A stretch of 57,494 bases of DNA, taken from positions 1-57,494 of IMG/VR virus record IMGVR_UViG_3300049032_000056; one strand, written 5' to 3'. Source of the stretch: a virus (Duplodnaviria; Caudoviricetes). The position numbers were made by a program, and so were the translations under genes. Under the pieces are notes generated by a model that saw only the letters and a program-made list of their open reading frames with translations, searched no databases and was not told the origin of the DNA. Of the stretch, positions 39,016-47,572 are shown piece by piece; the first letter of the stretch is position 1, and the number at the start of each line of letters is the position of its first letter.

Positions 39016-39716
39016 GCGTATTTGTTGGTTAGATAAATTTGACCCTTAGTGGTTATACGTGTTTGATGAAATAATTTTACTTTGTTGTTGATAACTTCTG
39101 ATTTTTCCTTTACCTCAAAATACCCCGCATCTAGATACCTCTGAAACGGGAGGTTGTGGCGATTGCCGGAGTCGATCAGTATTTTATCGTCACGCAATGT
39201 TCTGTGAAATTTATTCGGGCCCCTTTTTATGCTTTTTGCGAATTCCGCTACGGTGATAGTATCGTCTGACATCAGCATAATTTCGGCAGCTTTTACTTTT
39301 GGGGCATCTTGATCAATTTTAGCCTGCAATAGCTCCTTTTCCTCTTCTGCCTTGACAACCATTAGGGCTAAATCCTTTCTGGTTAATTCTGGCATAATAA
39401 TAGACCGCGATTGCTTTTCTCTTTCAATAAAATAAAGTCTAGCCTGCTTGCCCTTATCGCTCCGCTGAATCATACACACCTCCTTTGCCATATCTGTGGT
39501 AATAGCAAAATCGTCAAGATCTTGTTTCGCCAGGGCGTTAAAAACTTTACACCCTACGTAATCCAATTTCTCAACAAATCCGTAGGTGATCTGCCTGTCA
39601 AACCATGCAGAAAATCTTTCCGAAGCCCCCAAGTATTCATAGAGCTCTCTGGCTGATACGATGTCCTTGCCTCCCTCGCTTTTTGAAATCTTAATTAATT
39701 CTTCCATATAGAACAT
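39012..39716 (-). CDS. Antirepressor (AntA/AntB N-domain + ANT/KilAC C-domain)
   Basis: VSARELY..L, F..WF, DMAKE..M, G.QAR.YFI; PKV, P.QRY...GYF, T.KGQ.YL. Confidence 0.9.
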   Translation of the reverse strand: MFYMEELIKISKSEGGKDIVSARELYEYLGASERFSAWFDRQITYGFVEKLDYVGCKVFNALAKQDLDDFAITTDMAKEVCMIQRSDKGKQARLYFIEREKQSRSIIMPELTRKDLALMVVKAEEEKELLQAKIDQDAPKVKAAEIMLMSDDTITVAEFAKSIKRGPNKFHRTLRDDKILIDSGNRHNLPFQRYLDAGYFEVKEKSEVINNKVKLFHQTRITTKGQIYLTNKYA

Positions 39717-39719
39717 AAA

Positions 39720-39810
39720 AAAATCCCAGCTGTTCGGCGATTACGGCGCGTACTAAGCCAGGATAAAAATAATGTCTTCAATTCAACAGAGCCGTAATCA
39801 ATGTTGATGC
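39720..39810 (-). ncRNA. Structured antirepressor leader with loop-loop complementarity (C4-like)
   Basis: Two hairpins whose loops carry complementary GATTACGGC and GCCGTAATC; G-U pairs favour the minus strand. Confidence 0.55.
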
Positions 39811-39819
39811 ACTAAGTTA

Positions 39820-40464
39820 TTACTTTTCAACTAAAATTCCAATACCAACGCCTGTTAAATATATCGACTCCATAGCATACGAGACTATTACGACGTCGTA
39901 TAACTCATGTTTTGGCCCGAACCTCTCAACCATGTTGAATATGGGTGTCGTAAAAGTGGTTGCGGAGTAGTAACAGAATACGCCTGCTGCTATCCAGAAC
40001 ACCGGCCATTCCAATAGATTAGGTACTTTCAGTGTCATCGAGAGCCATGCGAAGAATATCAGACAGTAAGCGATCAGTAAGAAGCATTGCAGAGTGCCCG
40101 AAATTTTAACAACCTGATACATGCCTACAAGGTGAATGTCATAGGCGAACACGATCATAAAAGATAAAGACCCTATGGCTATTATACGTTTTGCGATATT
40201 ATGCTCAATAGCCTCATAAAACATCCTGGAAATAAGGGAGTAGCTGACTAATACGAGCGTATTGTAAAGGAAAAGGTTGTTTTGTCCACGTGATGCCATG
40301 TAAAACATCACAATCTCAATTGCAAACTTAAAGCACAGGTAAATAAAAAAGTACCGCTCGATATGTTTCTTATAATCGAGTCGGTACCATAAGGCCAATA
40401 GTGGAACCAGCGTTAAAAACGTCGGAAGGTCATCTATCGGATATTTGATGAAGTGGTCTATCAT
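39820..40464 (-). CDS. Multi-pass (about 7 TM) membrane protein, Bacteroidota host-type
   Basis: NNLFLYN and P.FWI..G...YY motifs; ATG 2 nt after the upstream stop. Confidence 0.8.
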   Translation of the reverse strand: MIDHFIKYPIDDLPTFLTLVPLLALWYRLDYKKHIERYFFIYLCFKFAIEIVMFYMASRGQNNLFLYNTLVLVSYSLISRMFYEAIEHNIAKRIIAIGSLSFMIVFAYDIHLVGMYQVVKISGTLQCFLLIAYCLIFFAWLSMTLKVPNLLEWPVFWIAAGVFCYYSATTFTTPIFNMVERFGPKHELYDVVIVSYAMESIYLTGVGIGILVEK

Positions 40465-40466
40465 AA

Positions 40467-40832
40467 TCAGTTGCAACTATTTGGGCAGCGAACGGGAGGC
40501 GGATTCGGATCATCCATAATCTGCACCTCATCATCTTGTTCTTCGTCAAACTCGATATCGGTCGGATATGGCAGTTCATTTCCTCTGGCATCCACAGCGG
40601 TTGGTATGACATACATTTGCTCTCCTTGAATATCTTCGTTGTATCGGAGCGCCATTGTGAGCTTCAATCCCTTTGCGTCTTCGACAGATAGCAGTCGCTT
40701 GATGAACCTTTTCCCGAAGATCATAAATTCGAGGAAGTGCGGGTCTTGTGAATAGGAGTTGACGAAGTTTTGCTTTGAATCAATTTTCTCTTGATTGGTA
40801 AGCTCTTCGCCTGCATTTGGTCTAACGCGCAT
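40467..40832 (-). CDS. Small protein ending PPPVRCPNSCN, Bacteroidota host-type
   Basis: FGK..I..LL....GL.....VD..GN.L core plus a terminal CPxxC. Confidence 0.8.
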   Translation of the reverse strand: MRVRPNAGEELTNQEKIDSKQNFVNSYSQDPHFLEFMIFGKRFIKRLLSVEDAKGLKLTMALRYNEDIQGEQMYVIPTAVDARGNELPYPTDIEFDEEQDDEVQIMDDPNPPPVRCPNSCN

Positions 40833-40938
40833 CGCTGGTATGTTTAAGTTTCCCCTAAATTATGCAGTATACGCGATATGGGAAAACCGGAAAGTAAGAA
40901 CAATTGAGGTGGAACGAAATTTGTGTGATATTTAGGTT

Positions 40939-41301
40939 ATGAAATTACAGATCGACATAAACATTAACCGGCGCAATGATGCGGTTGTAGAGTCGTTAGA
41001 AAAGTTGTATTCACTACTTAAAACTATAAAAAACACAATGGCAACAAAAGAACAACTTACGGCGGCATTTGACCGTATCCAGGCTGCACAGGCGGACATT
41101 GCGGGTGATATTCGCTCTTTAAAGGATCAACTCGAAAGTGCTGGCGTTGACCAGGCTTTGGTAGATCGCGCCGAGGCTATCGCTACATCCCTTGAAGGAC
41201 TTGCAGGCGAAAACCCTGAACAGCCTACTGAACCTATTGAACCTGCCGACCCAACACAACCAATTGAGCCAGATTCTGGAACAGCACCAGACAGAGCCTA
41301 A
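40939..41301 (+). CDS. Coiled-coil protein with acidic Pro-rich tail, against the local strand
   Basis: Has its own terminator; PTEPIEP/PTQPIEP repeat. Confidence 0.75.
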   Translation: MKLQIDININRRNDAVVESLEKLYSLLKTIKNTMATKEQLTAAFDRIQAAQADIAGDIRSLKDQLESAGVDQALVDRAEAIATSLEGLAGENPEQPTEPIEPADPTQPIEPDSGTAPDRA

Positions 41302-41306
41302 CTCTT

Positions 41307-41334
41307 AGCCCGGTTGATAGCCGGGCTTTCTTTT
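41307..41334 (+). terminator. Intrinsic terminator
   Basis: AGCCCGGTT-gat-AGCCGGGCT followed by TTCTTTT. Confidence 0.8.
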
Positions 41335-41355
41335 GGTTCATGGTGTTGGTTGGGG

Positions 41356-41709
41356 TTAAACGCTTTCACCTCTTAGGAGGGAATTAATAATTGATGCACA
41401 TAATTCTATATTAACACGATGATCCGTCCCAAATATTTCATCATGAGCCTTGTAAAAAGCTCCCGCGCAGGCAAGTTGGCCAATACGATCCTTATTAATT
41501 ATCTTATCCCTTGATGTATCATTCCAGTCCTTGGGCCAATCGTTTTCATCCATAATCAGACAGAAGTCGGCTGCTTGTAGCAACTGTTTTTTATCGTACC
41601 ATTCGGGATTGTCTATTGCGTGTTGAACACTATACCCATGCTTGTTAATTTGCTCATCTCGCTCCTGCAAGATGTAATCCATGCCTGTTTTAATAATACC
41701 TTGTTCCAT
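41356..41709 (-). CDS. Conserved phage hypothetical protein
   Basis: I..ER..QI.K.GY motif. Confidence 0.65.
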   Translation of the reverse strand: MEQGIIKTGMDYILQERDEQINKHGYSVQHAIDNPEWYDKKQLLQAADFCLIMDENDWPKDWNDTSRDKIINKDRIGQLACAGAFYKAHDEIFGTDHRVNIELCASIINSLLRGESV

Positions 41710-41727
41710 TTCCTTCCTGTTTAAGTG

Positions 41728-41928
41728 TTAATTACTTTCGGGGACTTCCCGAACGAGGTCGAAGGGATGTGGAAAATATGATTGATCATAAATACCACTT
41801 TTTGTATAAGTTTCCCCGTTTTCGTCTCCAAACTCGTGAATTAGGGCGGGGATATGGGATATGATTTTGGTAATTACTCCTTCTCGGTTCACAAATCTTT
41901 TCCCAACTTCCAATTTGATCTGTTCCAT
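41728..41928 (-). CDS. Hypothetical protein
   Basis: LEVGK.F.NR.G...FDLV.E pattern. Confidence 0.6.
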   Translation of the reverse strand: MEQIKLEVGKRFVNREGVITKIISHIPALIHEFGDENGETYTKSGIYDQSYFPHPFDLVREVPESN

Positions 41929-41929
41929 G

Positions 41930-42187
41930 TTACGGGGTGTTAATTACGGTGTTGGTGATTGAGTCGCGGTCAACGAAAGCTACATCCGTCCAATATCCAT
42001 CAATAGGTTCCTGTACTATATCCGCTTTCGCATTCTCCGCCGCCCGATTCAACGCGTCCTGAGCGACTTCGCGGGCGTAATCGCGTACAGCCCGGAGTAA
42101 ATCATTATCGGATAGCATTGGGGCGATATGCCTCATCTCGTCCTCTGTGCCAAAGATTTCTTGAAGATGTTGCTCGAATGTTTTCAT
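41930..42187 (-). CDS. Hypothetical protein
   Basis: Operon-consistent ORF. Confidence 0.6.
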   Translation of the reverse strand: MKTFEQHLQEIFGTEDEMRHIAPMLSDNDLLRAVRDYAREVAQDALNRAAENAKADIVQEPIDGYWTDVAFVDRDSITNTVINTP

Positions 42188-42221
42188 TGCTGTTCGGGGT
42201 ATGGGAGTGGTAGCTCTTCGA

Positions 42222-42461
42222 TCAATTGCGTGGCCGGGAAAAACCCAGCAGAATCAAGCTCATACAACCCCTTAGAGATAATACTCGATTCATATCATTC
42301 ACAGCCTCGTTCGCCTTGTGACGGGCGTACAGTTCAATTGCTTCCATATTGCGAGAGTGACGAAGTATTCCCGGACAGAAGAACATGAACCAGAACCAGC
42401 TCTTAAACCCATTCTTCTCAGCCACCTGCTGTTTCGCGTCCTCAAATGTGAAGTCTTTCAT
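42222..42461 (-). CDS. Hypothetical protein, possibly frameshifted near 42290
   Basis: An alternative frame would end at 42184 with ATGA coupling. Confidence 0.5.
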   Translation of the reverse strand: MKDFTFEDAKQQVAEKNGFKSWFWFMFFCPGILRHSRNMEAIELYARHKANEAVNDMNRVLSLRGCMSLILLGFSRPRN

Positions 42462-42691
42462 GTTGTTTTTATATTAAATTTTCGTACAGAAAACTGCATA
42501 GCCTCTTGAACTTTACTGAGCCTTTCTTTGGTCTTCGAAAGTTCTTCTGTATAACGATCAGCATCGGCCTTGTGACCCAAGTGAATAGATGTCTCTAAAT
42601 CGCTTTCACAATATCCGATAGCTTCTTCCAGCCTTGATGCTGTATCAAACAATTCGTTAAAAATGATCGAATAAATTTCTCTTGGCTTCAT
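42458..42691 (-). CDS. Hypothetical coiled-coil protein
   Basis: ATGA-coupled ORF. Confidence 0.6.
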   Translation of the reverse strand: MKPREIYSIIFNELFDTASRLEEAIGYCESDLETSIHLGHKADADRYTEELSKTKERLSKVQEAMQFSVRKFNIKTT

Positions 42692-42915
42692 TGATTCGCT
42701 TCTGCGTCTTTAACTTTTCTCAAAACATCCTCTCGTCTGTATTTTTCTATTTCTATTAAATCCATAACATCGCTTGTGTGCTTAACATTTATTACGTGTC
42801 CCTCCCGAAATTTAAGCGGTATGTCGATTTTTGATGCAACCGCAATTTTAAGAGTTGATGAAATGGCAGTAATAACATCATTTGTGCACTCTGCCATTAT
42901 TTTAAAGTGTTCCAT
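42688..42915 (-). CDS. Hypothetical protein
   Basis: ATGA-coupled ORF. Confidence 0.6.
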   Translation of the reverse strand: MEHFKIMAECTNDVITAISSTLKIAVASKIDIPLKFREGHVINVKHTSDVMDLIEIEKYRREDVLRKVKDAEANQ

Positions 42916-42926
42916 TTCCCAATCGT

Positions 42927-43343
42927 TTAGTTTATGAGTTTAACCCAACCAACATTCACCAATCCCTCGACCGAGTGACCCATGAATTCAACCGCAAAGC
43001 CCATTGATACCAATTCGTCGCGAATATGCAAGTGATTTATTCTGGTTATGCTCGTGTTGCCCCATGCATCGTTCATAGAAATTATCTTTCTCATGTGCAC
43101 TGCGGTTTTATACTCGGTAGCGATATCCAAAAAAGCAGATATTCGAAGTAATTCACCATCAGTGATGGAGTCAATCGGCCTGAGATATAAAAAGGCTTGC
43201 TCCTGCTCTGCTTCTAATAGGCTGATTAGCGCGTTAGAATCCCATTCGACGCAGAATTCTTCACCCTGATCACCGCAATCGCAGCAGTTAAGGTACTGCG
43301 CAAAAAATCTCAGCCTGAGTGAGTCGTTTAATTCTGCTTTCAT
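42927..43343 (-). CDS. Hypothetical phage protein
   Basis: L.LRP..SITD.E motif; coupled ORF. Confidence 0.65.
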   Translation of the reverse strand: MKAELNDSLRLRFFAQYLNCCDCGDQGEEFCVEWDSNALISLLEAEQEQAFLYLRPIDSITDGELLRISAFLDIATEYKTAVHMRKIISMNDAWGNTSITRINHLHIRDELVSMGFAVEFMGHSVEGLVNVGWVKLIN

Positions 43344-43765
43344 CTTAGTGGTGGGGTTAATAGGTCATGGTTGTCATGAATGTTCCCGATTACAGTAAGC
43401 GACGTAGAAGCATAGGAAGGGTCAATCGTTTCGTACTCGTGCCCTTTGAGGTACTTCACGACCTTTTCGCTTACCGGTTTCAATCCGAAGTTTGCGTAGT
43501 CAGTGAATGCCACTTCGAAGATGTCTTCCATGATGTACTCTTGGACCAGGTCGCCTTCAAAAACTTCCTTGCCCTCCCTATCTTTTAGGCCGGTGTATTG
43601 ACCTATTGTTTCATGATACACACGGAATGTATTGAACTGGTTTTGGTTCTCGCTATTTCCGAATCCAGATATCTGGTCAATTTCACCTCTATCTCCTAGC
43701 CCTATCAGTCCGAATACCCATTGTCCTGTCAATCTTCGCTTTCCTCTGAATTTTATCTCTCTCAT
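43340..43765 (-). CDS. YopX family protein (second copy)
   Basis: MREIKFRGK, GQYTGLKD..GKE.FEGD, VIGNIHDN. Confidence 0.9.
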   Translation of the reverse strand: MREIKFRGKRRLTGQWVFGLIGLGDRGEIDQISGFGNSENQNQFNTFRVYHETIGQYTGLKDREGKEVFEGDLVQEYIMEDIFEVAFTDYANFGLKPVSEKVVKYLKGHEYETIDPSYASTSLTVIGNIHDNHDLLTPPLR

Positions 43766-43785
43766 CTCCGTCTATTTAAGGTTTT

Positions 43786-44103
43786 TCAATACTTTGACCT
43801 CTTCGGCTTAATACCCAGCCACTCTCGGAATGTCTCTACACAATCTGACGCTAAATAATCGCGGTAACGTTGCTTAGAATGATGGTTTTTGTCCTTCGGA
43901 GGCTTATTATTGAACGTGTCCAGGTATTTTACCGCTGATGTTGGATGACACGGGAGTGGAAATTTGGATTTCTCTTCGTAAAAAACGACCCCAATATAGT
44001 GGCCCATATCCTTTGTTATCACTCCTTTTTTGCCACCTACGACTACTTCTCGGTGCATTTCAGCAGGCACGCCGTAGTATTGCCTTACGTATTCGAAATT
44101 CAT
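43786..44103 (-). CDS. Conserved phage hypothetical protein
   Basis: FEYVR.YYGVPA, PCHPT and RY..YL..D...F.EWL. Confidence 0.7.
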   Translation of the reverse strand: MNFEYVRQYYGVPAEMHREVVVGGKKGVITKDMGHYIGVVFYEEKSKFPLPCHPTSAVKYLDTFNNKPPKDKNHHSKQRYRDYLASDCVETFREWLGIKPKRSKY

Positions 44104-44124
44104 GGTATTTGAGGTTAAGGTTTT

Positions 44125-44532
44125 TCAATGCGATTGACTTATTTTACTCTTGAAGTGTACGTGTTGCTCAATCCACAAAAACGCTGTTAGGATGAGACTA
44201 GCCTGCTCAATGGTATCAACATTGTGCGGCATAAGCGTTACGACTCCATCGCGATCATAGGAGTGGTCTAAATCTAGTCCGCATGCATTCCCAGGTACTG
44301 AAATATGCTCTGGCCCCCACTCACCCCAATGGATTTTAACCCCAGGCAATTCAGGATGGAATCGGTGATCTTCCAACCATTGTGGAGACATGTTTTTCAT
44401 TGCTTCGTCAACCTGCACCTGGTTTAATGCTGTTTTGGCTACGAGCTTCTTCCATTCAGGATAAAGTTTGATTGCGAATCCACACCCTGACATTCGCTTA
44501 GTATCGGGATTCCATCGTTCTATTCTATACAT
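44125..44532 (-). CDS. Hypothetical protein
   Basis: WGEWGPEHI.VPGNACGLD; operon-consistent. Confidence 0.7.
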   Translation of the reverse strand: MYRIERWNPDTKRMSGCGFAIKLYPEWKKLVAKTALNQVQVDEAMKNMSPQWLEDHRFHPELPGVKIHWGEWGPEHISVPGNACGLDLDHSYDRDGVVTLMPHNVDTIEQASLILTAFLWIEQHVHFKSKISQSH

Positions 44533-44537
44533 GGCAT

Positions 44538-45143
44538 TTAAGGTTTATCAATTTTTCTAACAGTTGCGTACCATATCCACGGGTCACCCACAAATACATC
44601 TAGTCCGTATTTATCCAGAAAAACATTTTCCCAGTTGTTGTTTTCTGTCACATCTCGGCTATCAATTGCTTGGCTCAACTTACACACCTTCACCTCCAAC
44701 ACTTCCAGCCACAGGCGGCAGGCAGATTTGGGCATCAATATTGGACTCTTCCATCCGTCGTGGGCATAAGGATCAGTGTATGGTTCCAAATGATCGGCAT
44801 GATAATAATACCGGTTGTATTTATGCCGAAGCACAAAGGATTCCTTACACCAGAGAATGTCACCAAATCCCCCAAATGGGCTTTGCTCAGAAACATTATC
44901 TTCGCAATTCTGTCTACGAATTCCAAAGCGATCAACAAAGTCATAATGATCAGCAAACTTTATTACAGGCCCGCCGATGCAGTTCAAAACAGTACTACTT
45001 TGTTTGTAATTAACCTCTTTCGGTAACGATGACCAATGGTGATGATGTGTCCTTACTTTTACCGGCCTGCACAGGGCAGTCATCCGACCATCCAGCAAAA
45101 GCGGAAGCTCAGATTTTGTAGGGTAGAAAGGCTGACTTTTCAT
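44538..45143 (-). CDS. ASCH/PUA-like phage protein
   Basis: LLDGR.T...R, GD.LW.KE.F, WKSPI.MPK.A.R..LEV and PW.W motifs; probable start MKSQPF. Confidence 0.7.
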   Translation of the reverse strand: MKSQPFYPTKSELPLLLDGRMTALCRPVKVRTHHHHWSSLPKEVNYKQSSTVLNCIGGPVIKFADHYDFVDRFGIRRQNCEDNVSEQSPFGGFGDILWCKESFVLRHKYNRYYYHADHLEPYTDPYAHDGWKSPILMPKSACRLWLEVLEVKVCKLSQAIDSRDVTENNNWENVFLDKYGLDVFVGDPWIWYATVRKIDKP

Positions 45144-45478
45144 GCGTGAACAGTAGAAATATTTCTTCTCAGTCCTTGCTTTGTCCATTTAAGGCCAAGG
45201 GCTTCCCAAACGGCTTTGCAATTGGGGATCATGTGCTTTTCCTTTCCTTCGTAATCTACCTTTATAAAAAGCGATTCAGCTTTTTCTTCGGTGATTGGCA
45301 TATTTCCTTCCGAATCGTGGTATCCCGGAACGTATCCATGGTATACGCCCGACATCTCTTTGGAGAAATGATACCCTGCGTCGTCCGGCCCCCAAAGAGT
45401 TATGTATGTATCCCGCTTGCCGGTATGCTTCATTGAAACAATCCTGAACACTTGATCGGTATTTATTGAGTCTTTCAT
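45140..45478 (-). CDS. Hypothetical protein (intact paralog of 25825..26166)
   Basis: S.KHT...ITLW.PDDAGY. Confidence 0.75.
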   Translation of the reverse strand: MKDSINTDQVFRIVSMKHTGKRDTYITLWGPDDAGYHFSKEMSGVYHGYVPGYHDSEGNMPITEEKAESLFIKVDYEGKEKHMIPNCKAVWEALGLKWTKQGLRRNISTVHA

Positions 45479-45484
45479 CTTCTT

Positions 45485-45730
45485 TCAGTTTGTGGTAGGT
45501 GTCTTGTTGAGTTCAGCGATTAGAGCGTCTGCGCATAGTACAGAATTTGCAGCTATATCTGCTGGATTAGCATTTCCGTATTTGGAAATGTTTGCTTGCA
45601 TCGCAAGACCGGCGTAGTACTGCCTCATTGTCATTCCTGTTGGTTGTTTATGCGGCTCTTGGTTTTCGCTGGATTGTTGTGCTGCCCTAGATGGGTCGGG
45701 GAAAGCCGGATCATTCGGTTCTGTTTTCAT
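45485..45730 (-). CDS. Conserved phage hypothetical protein
   Basis: PAFP...GMT.RQYYAGLAMQA...ADALIAEL. Confidence 0.75.
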   Translation of the reverse strand: MKTEPNDPAFPDPSRAAQQSSENQEPHKQPTGMTMRQYYAGLAMQANISKYGNANPADIAANSVLCADALIAELNKTPTTN

Positions 45731-45906
45731 TTCTTTATCCACTTTATCTCTATGTAATTGTCAGCCCAGTCTTTTACTATCTCATCAATCTCCTTCTCAA
45801 TCTGATCTTCCGTATCATCATCGTCAAATTCAAACTCGAAGTTTTGCTCCCTGCTCATGTTGGTGTATCCGATTCCAAGGGTTGCTTTAACTTTTACTGT
45901 TTTCAT
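45727..45906 (-). CDS. Small acidic protein, 59 aa, not in the ORF track
   Basis: MKTVKVKATLGIGYTNMSREQNFEFEFDDDD...; ATGA-coupled to the next gene. Confidence 0.7.
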   Translation of the reverse strand: MKTVKVKATLGIGYTNMSREQNFEFEFDDDDTEDQIEKEIDEIVKDWADNYIEIKWIKK

Positions 45907-45936
45907 CTTATTTCCGTTTTGTTGTTAAGTATTAGT

Positions 45937-46218
45937 TTACTTTTTGTTTTTATAATAATGCATTCCGTGTCTAATAAGCCATGACATCGCATGGTAAAAT
46001 GCATACTCGGAATCATCCGACATTACACTCTCCTTATAAATTAATATTCTACCTTCTTTGGACTCCTTCGAGAAGAATTTAATAGTCCATAAGTGCGAGT
46101 AATTTTCGGGACGTTCCTCTGATTCTACCTCAAATTCAAATTCTGTGTAATTTACCTCGTTACCTCCCATCAGAAGTGTTTTGAGTACGATTTGGTATGG
46201 CAATCCTTCTATGTACAT
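45937..46218 (-). CDS. Hypothetical protein
   Basis: Operon-consistent ORF. Confidence 0.55.
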   Translation of the reverse strand: MYIEGLPYQIVLKTLLMGGNEVNYTEFEFEVESEERPENYSHLWTIKFFSKESKEGRILIYKESVMSDDSEYAFYHAMSWLIRHGMHYYKNKK

Positions 46219-46267
46219 ATCTTAATTTGGTTTAATTGTCGTCATTGTGAAATAGAAGTTAAGAGCA

Positions 46268-47008
46268 TCAGCCCCGTTTAAGCCTTATGTTTGTTATCCG
46301 CTTTGCGATTGGGAAGAAAACCAACCCGCCCTTGTGAGGGAACAACTTACCTTTAACATGAGAAGCGTCAATCTCACAACCTTCTGATTGTTTCAATAAA
46401 CCACGAGAACAGCCGTAAAAAATCGGCGCTGACGTGTATTTTGAAACTGACTGCTTCTTCCTATAACTGCAAGCCGTAGAAATCGCTACACCGGCCAATT
46501 TCGCTGCACACTCGTTCGCAAACAGTAGATCAAATGCTCTTAAATCTTGATTCCTGATTATTTCACGTTGTCCGTCGCGCTGATTGGTTACAGCATAGCC
46601 TTTAACTTTGGCTCTTTGGTGCTTTTTGTACCTCTCCGCCTCTAATTCAAGTAGGAAAGCCCGGAAGTAAGATATTTTTTTAAGTGTAAACCCTATTAAT
46701 TGTGCGTCTGTAATGGAATAGTAAGTTTGCCTTGCGCTAGGGTTGCTGAAAAGATTTCGGTGACCCACAACGCGGTAATTTGTGGCTGTTTCTTTCCTTA
46801 CAAATCCGCGCTCTACTAACTGTTTTAGCAATGCAGATCCTGCGCGGTGTTTAAGGCTTACTGATTCCAGGAAAACGTTGATTTTGAAACCTCCGGCGGT
46901 TTCTCGTGTGGCTCTACGAATCAAAAGGTACGCAAGATAGCACCTGCCTCTGTCGGAAGACTTTAACTGTTCAGTGCTGATTTGTACGTAGATTCTATTG
47001 TGATTCAT
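46268..47008 (-). CDS. Basic putative DNA-binding protein (winged-helix-like N-terminus, HTH-like C-region)
   Basis: LLKQLVERGFV and AAKLAGVAISTA segments. Confidence 0.6.
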   Translation of the reverse strand: MNHNRIYVQISTEQLKSSDRGRCYLAYLLIRRATRETAGGFKINVFLESVSLKHRAGSALLKQLVERGFVRKETATNYRVVGHRNLFSNPSARQTYYSITDAQLIGFTLKKISYFRAFLLELEAERYKKHQRAKVKGYAVTNQRDGQREIIRNQDLRAFDLLFANECAAKLAGVAISTACSYRKKQSVSKYTSAPIFYGCSRGLLKQSEGCEIDASHVKGKLFPHKGGLVFFPIAKRITNIRLKRG

Positions 47009-47170
47009 TTAGCCCGTGGGTTGTGGGCTAAAAATGAGTTAGCCCAGATTCAAGCGGCGGTCTGGTGAACCATCGAGCGAGTGGACGCGCTCTAACCGCC
47101 CGAATCCGGGCTGTAATATCTATCCACTTTACATCAAGTTTACCAGGCTTGACGGCTCTCTTTCGAGCAA
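47008..47170 (-). ncRNA. C4 antisense-RNA-like structured leader
   Basis: 11-bp closing stem (47041-51/47102-12); two internal segments complementary to upstream boxes; TAATTTTG promoter at 47173-47180. Confidence 0.65.
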
Positions 47171-47197
47171 AACAAAATTAATGCTTTTTTGTGAAAG

Positions 47198-47398
47198 TCA
47201 AGTGTTGGTTGGATTATTTTTTTCTGGATACAAATGTATTTCAACACTGAACGACACAGAACCGTCATCATAGGTAGAACTTCTGAAATGAATTACCTTT
47301 TCAACCCCTAATCGATCAATCTTTGCTTTTAGGTTGCCCCAAGGAACCTCGTTTGATTTCTTGTACCCCATAGAGTAAACTTCTTTTTTCTTTCCCAT
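47198..47398 (-). CDS. Hypothetical protein
   Basis: Probable start MGKKKE. Confidence 0.5.
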   Translation of the reverse strand: MGKKKEVYSMGYKKSNEVPWGNLKAKIDRLGVEKVIHFRSSTYDDGSVSFSVEIHLYPEKNNPTNT

Positions 47399-47572
47399 TT
47401 CCGTCTTATTTAAAAATTCCAGTAAAAAGGTCAACAACAACGCCTACTGCGATAATGAGAAAGCAAAAGATTGCCAGGTAAGCGAATCCTACTCCTGCCG
47501 CGTTGTTTCCGCAAAGGATTGCAAGTATCAGCAGGCATACCATCGCCCGGAGCGTGTATCGGTTCATTTGGC

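Noticed and set aside
36339-43765. Two YopX copies as a novel system
   Set aside because: Multiple YopX genes are commonplace in phage early regions.
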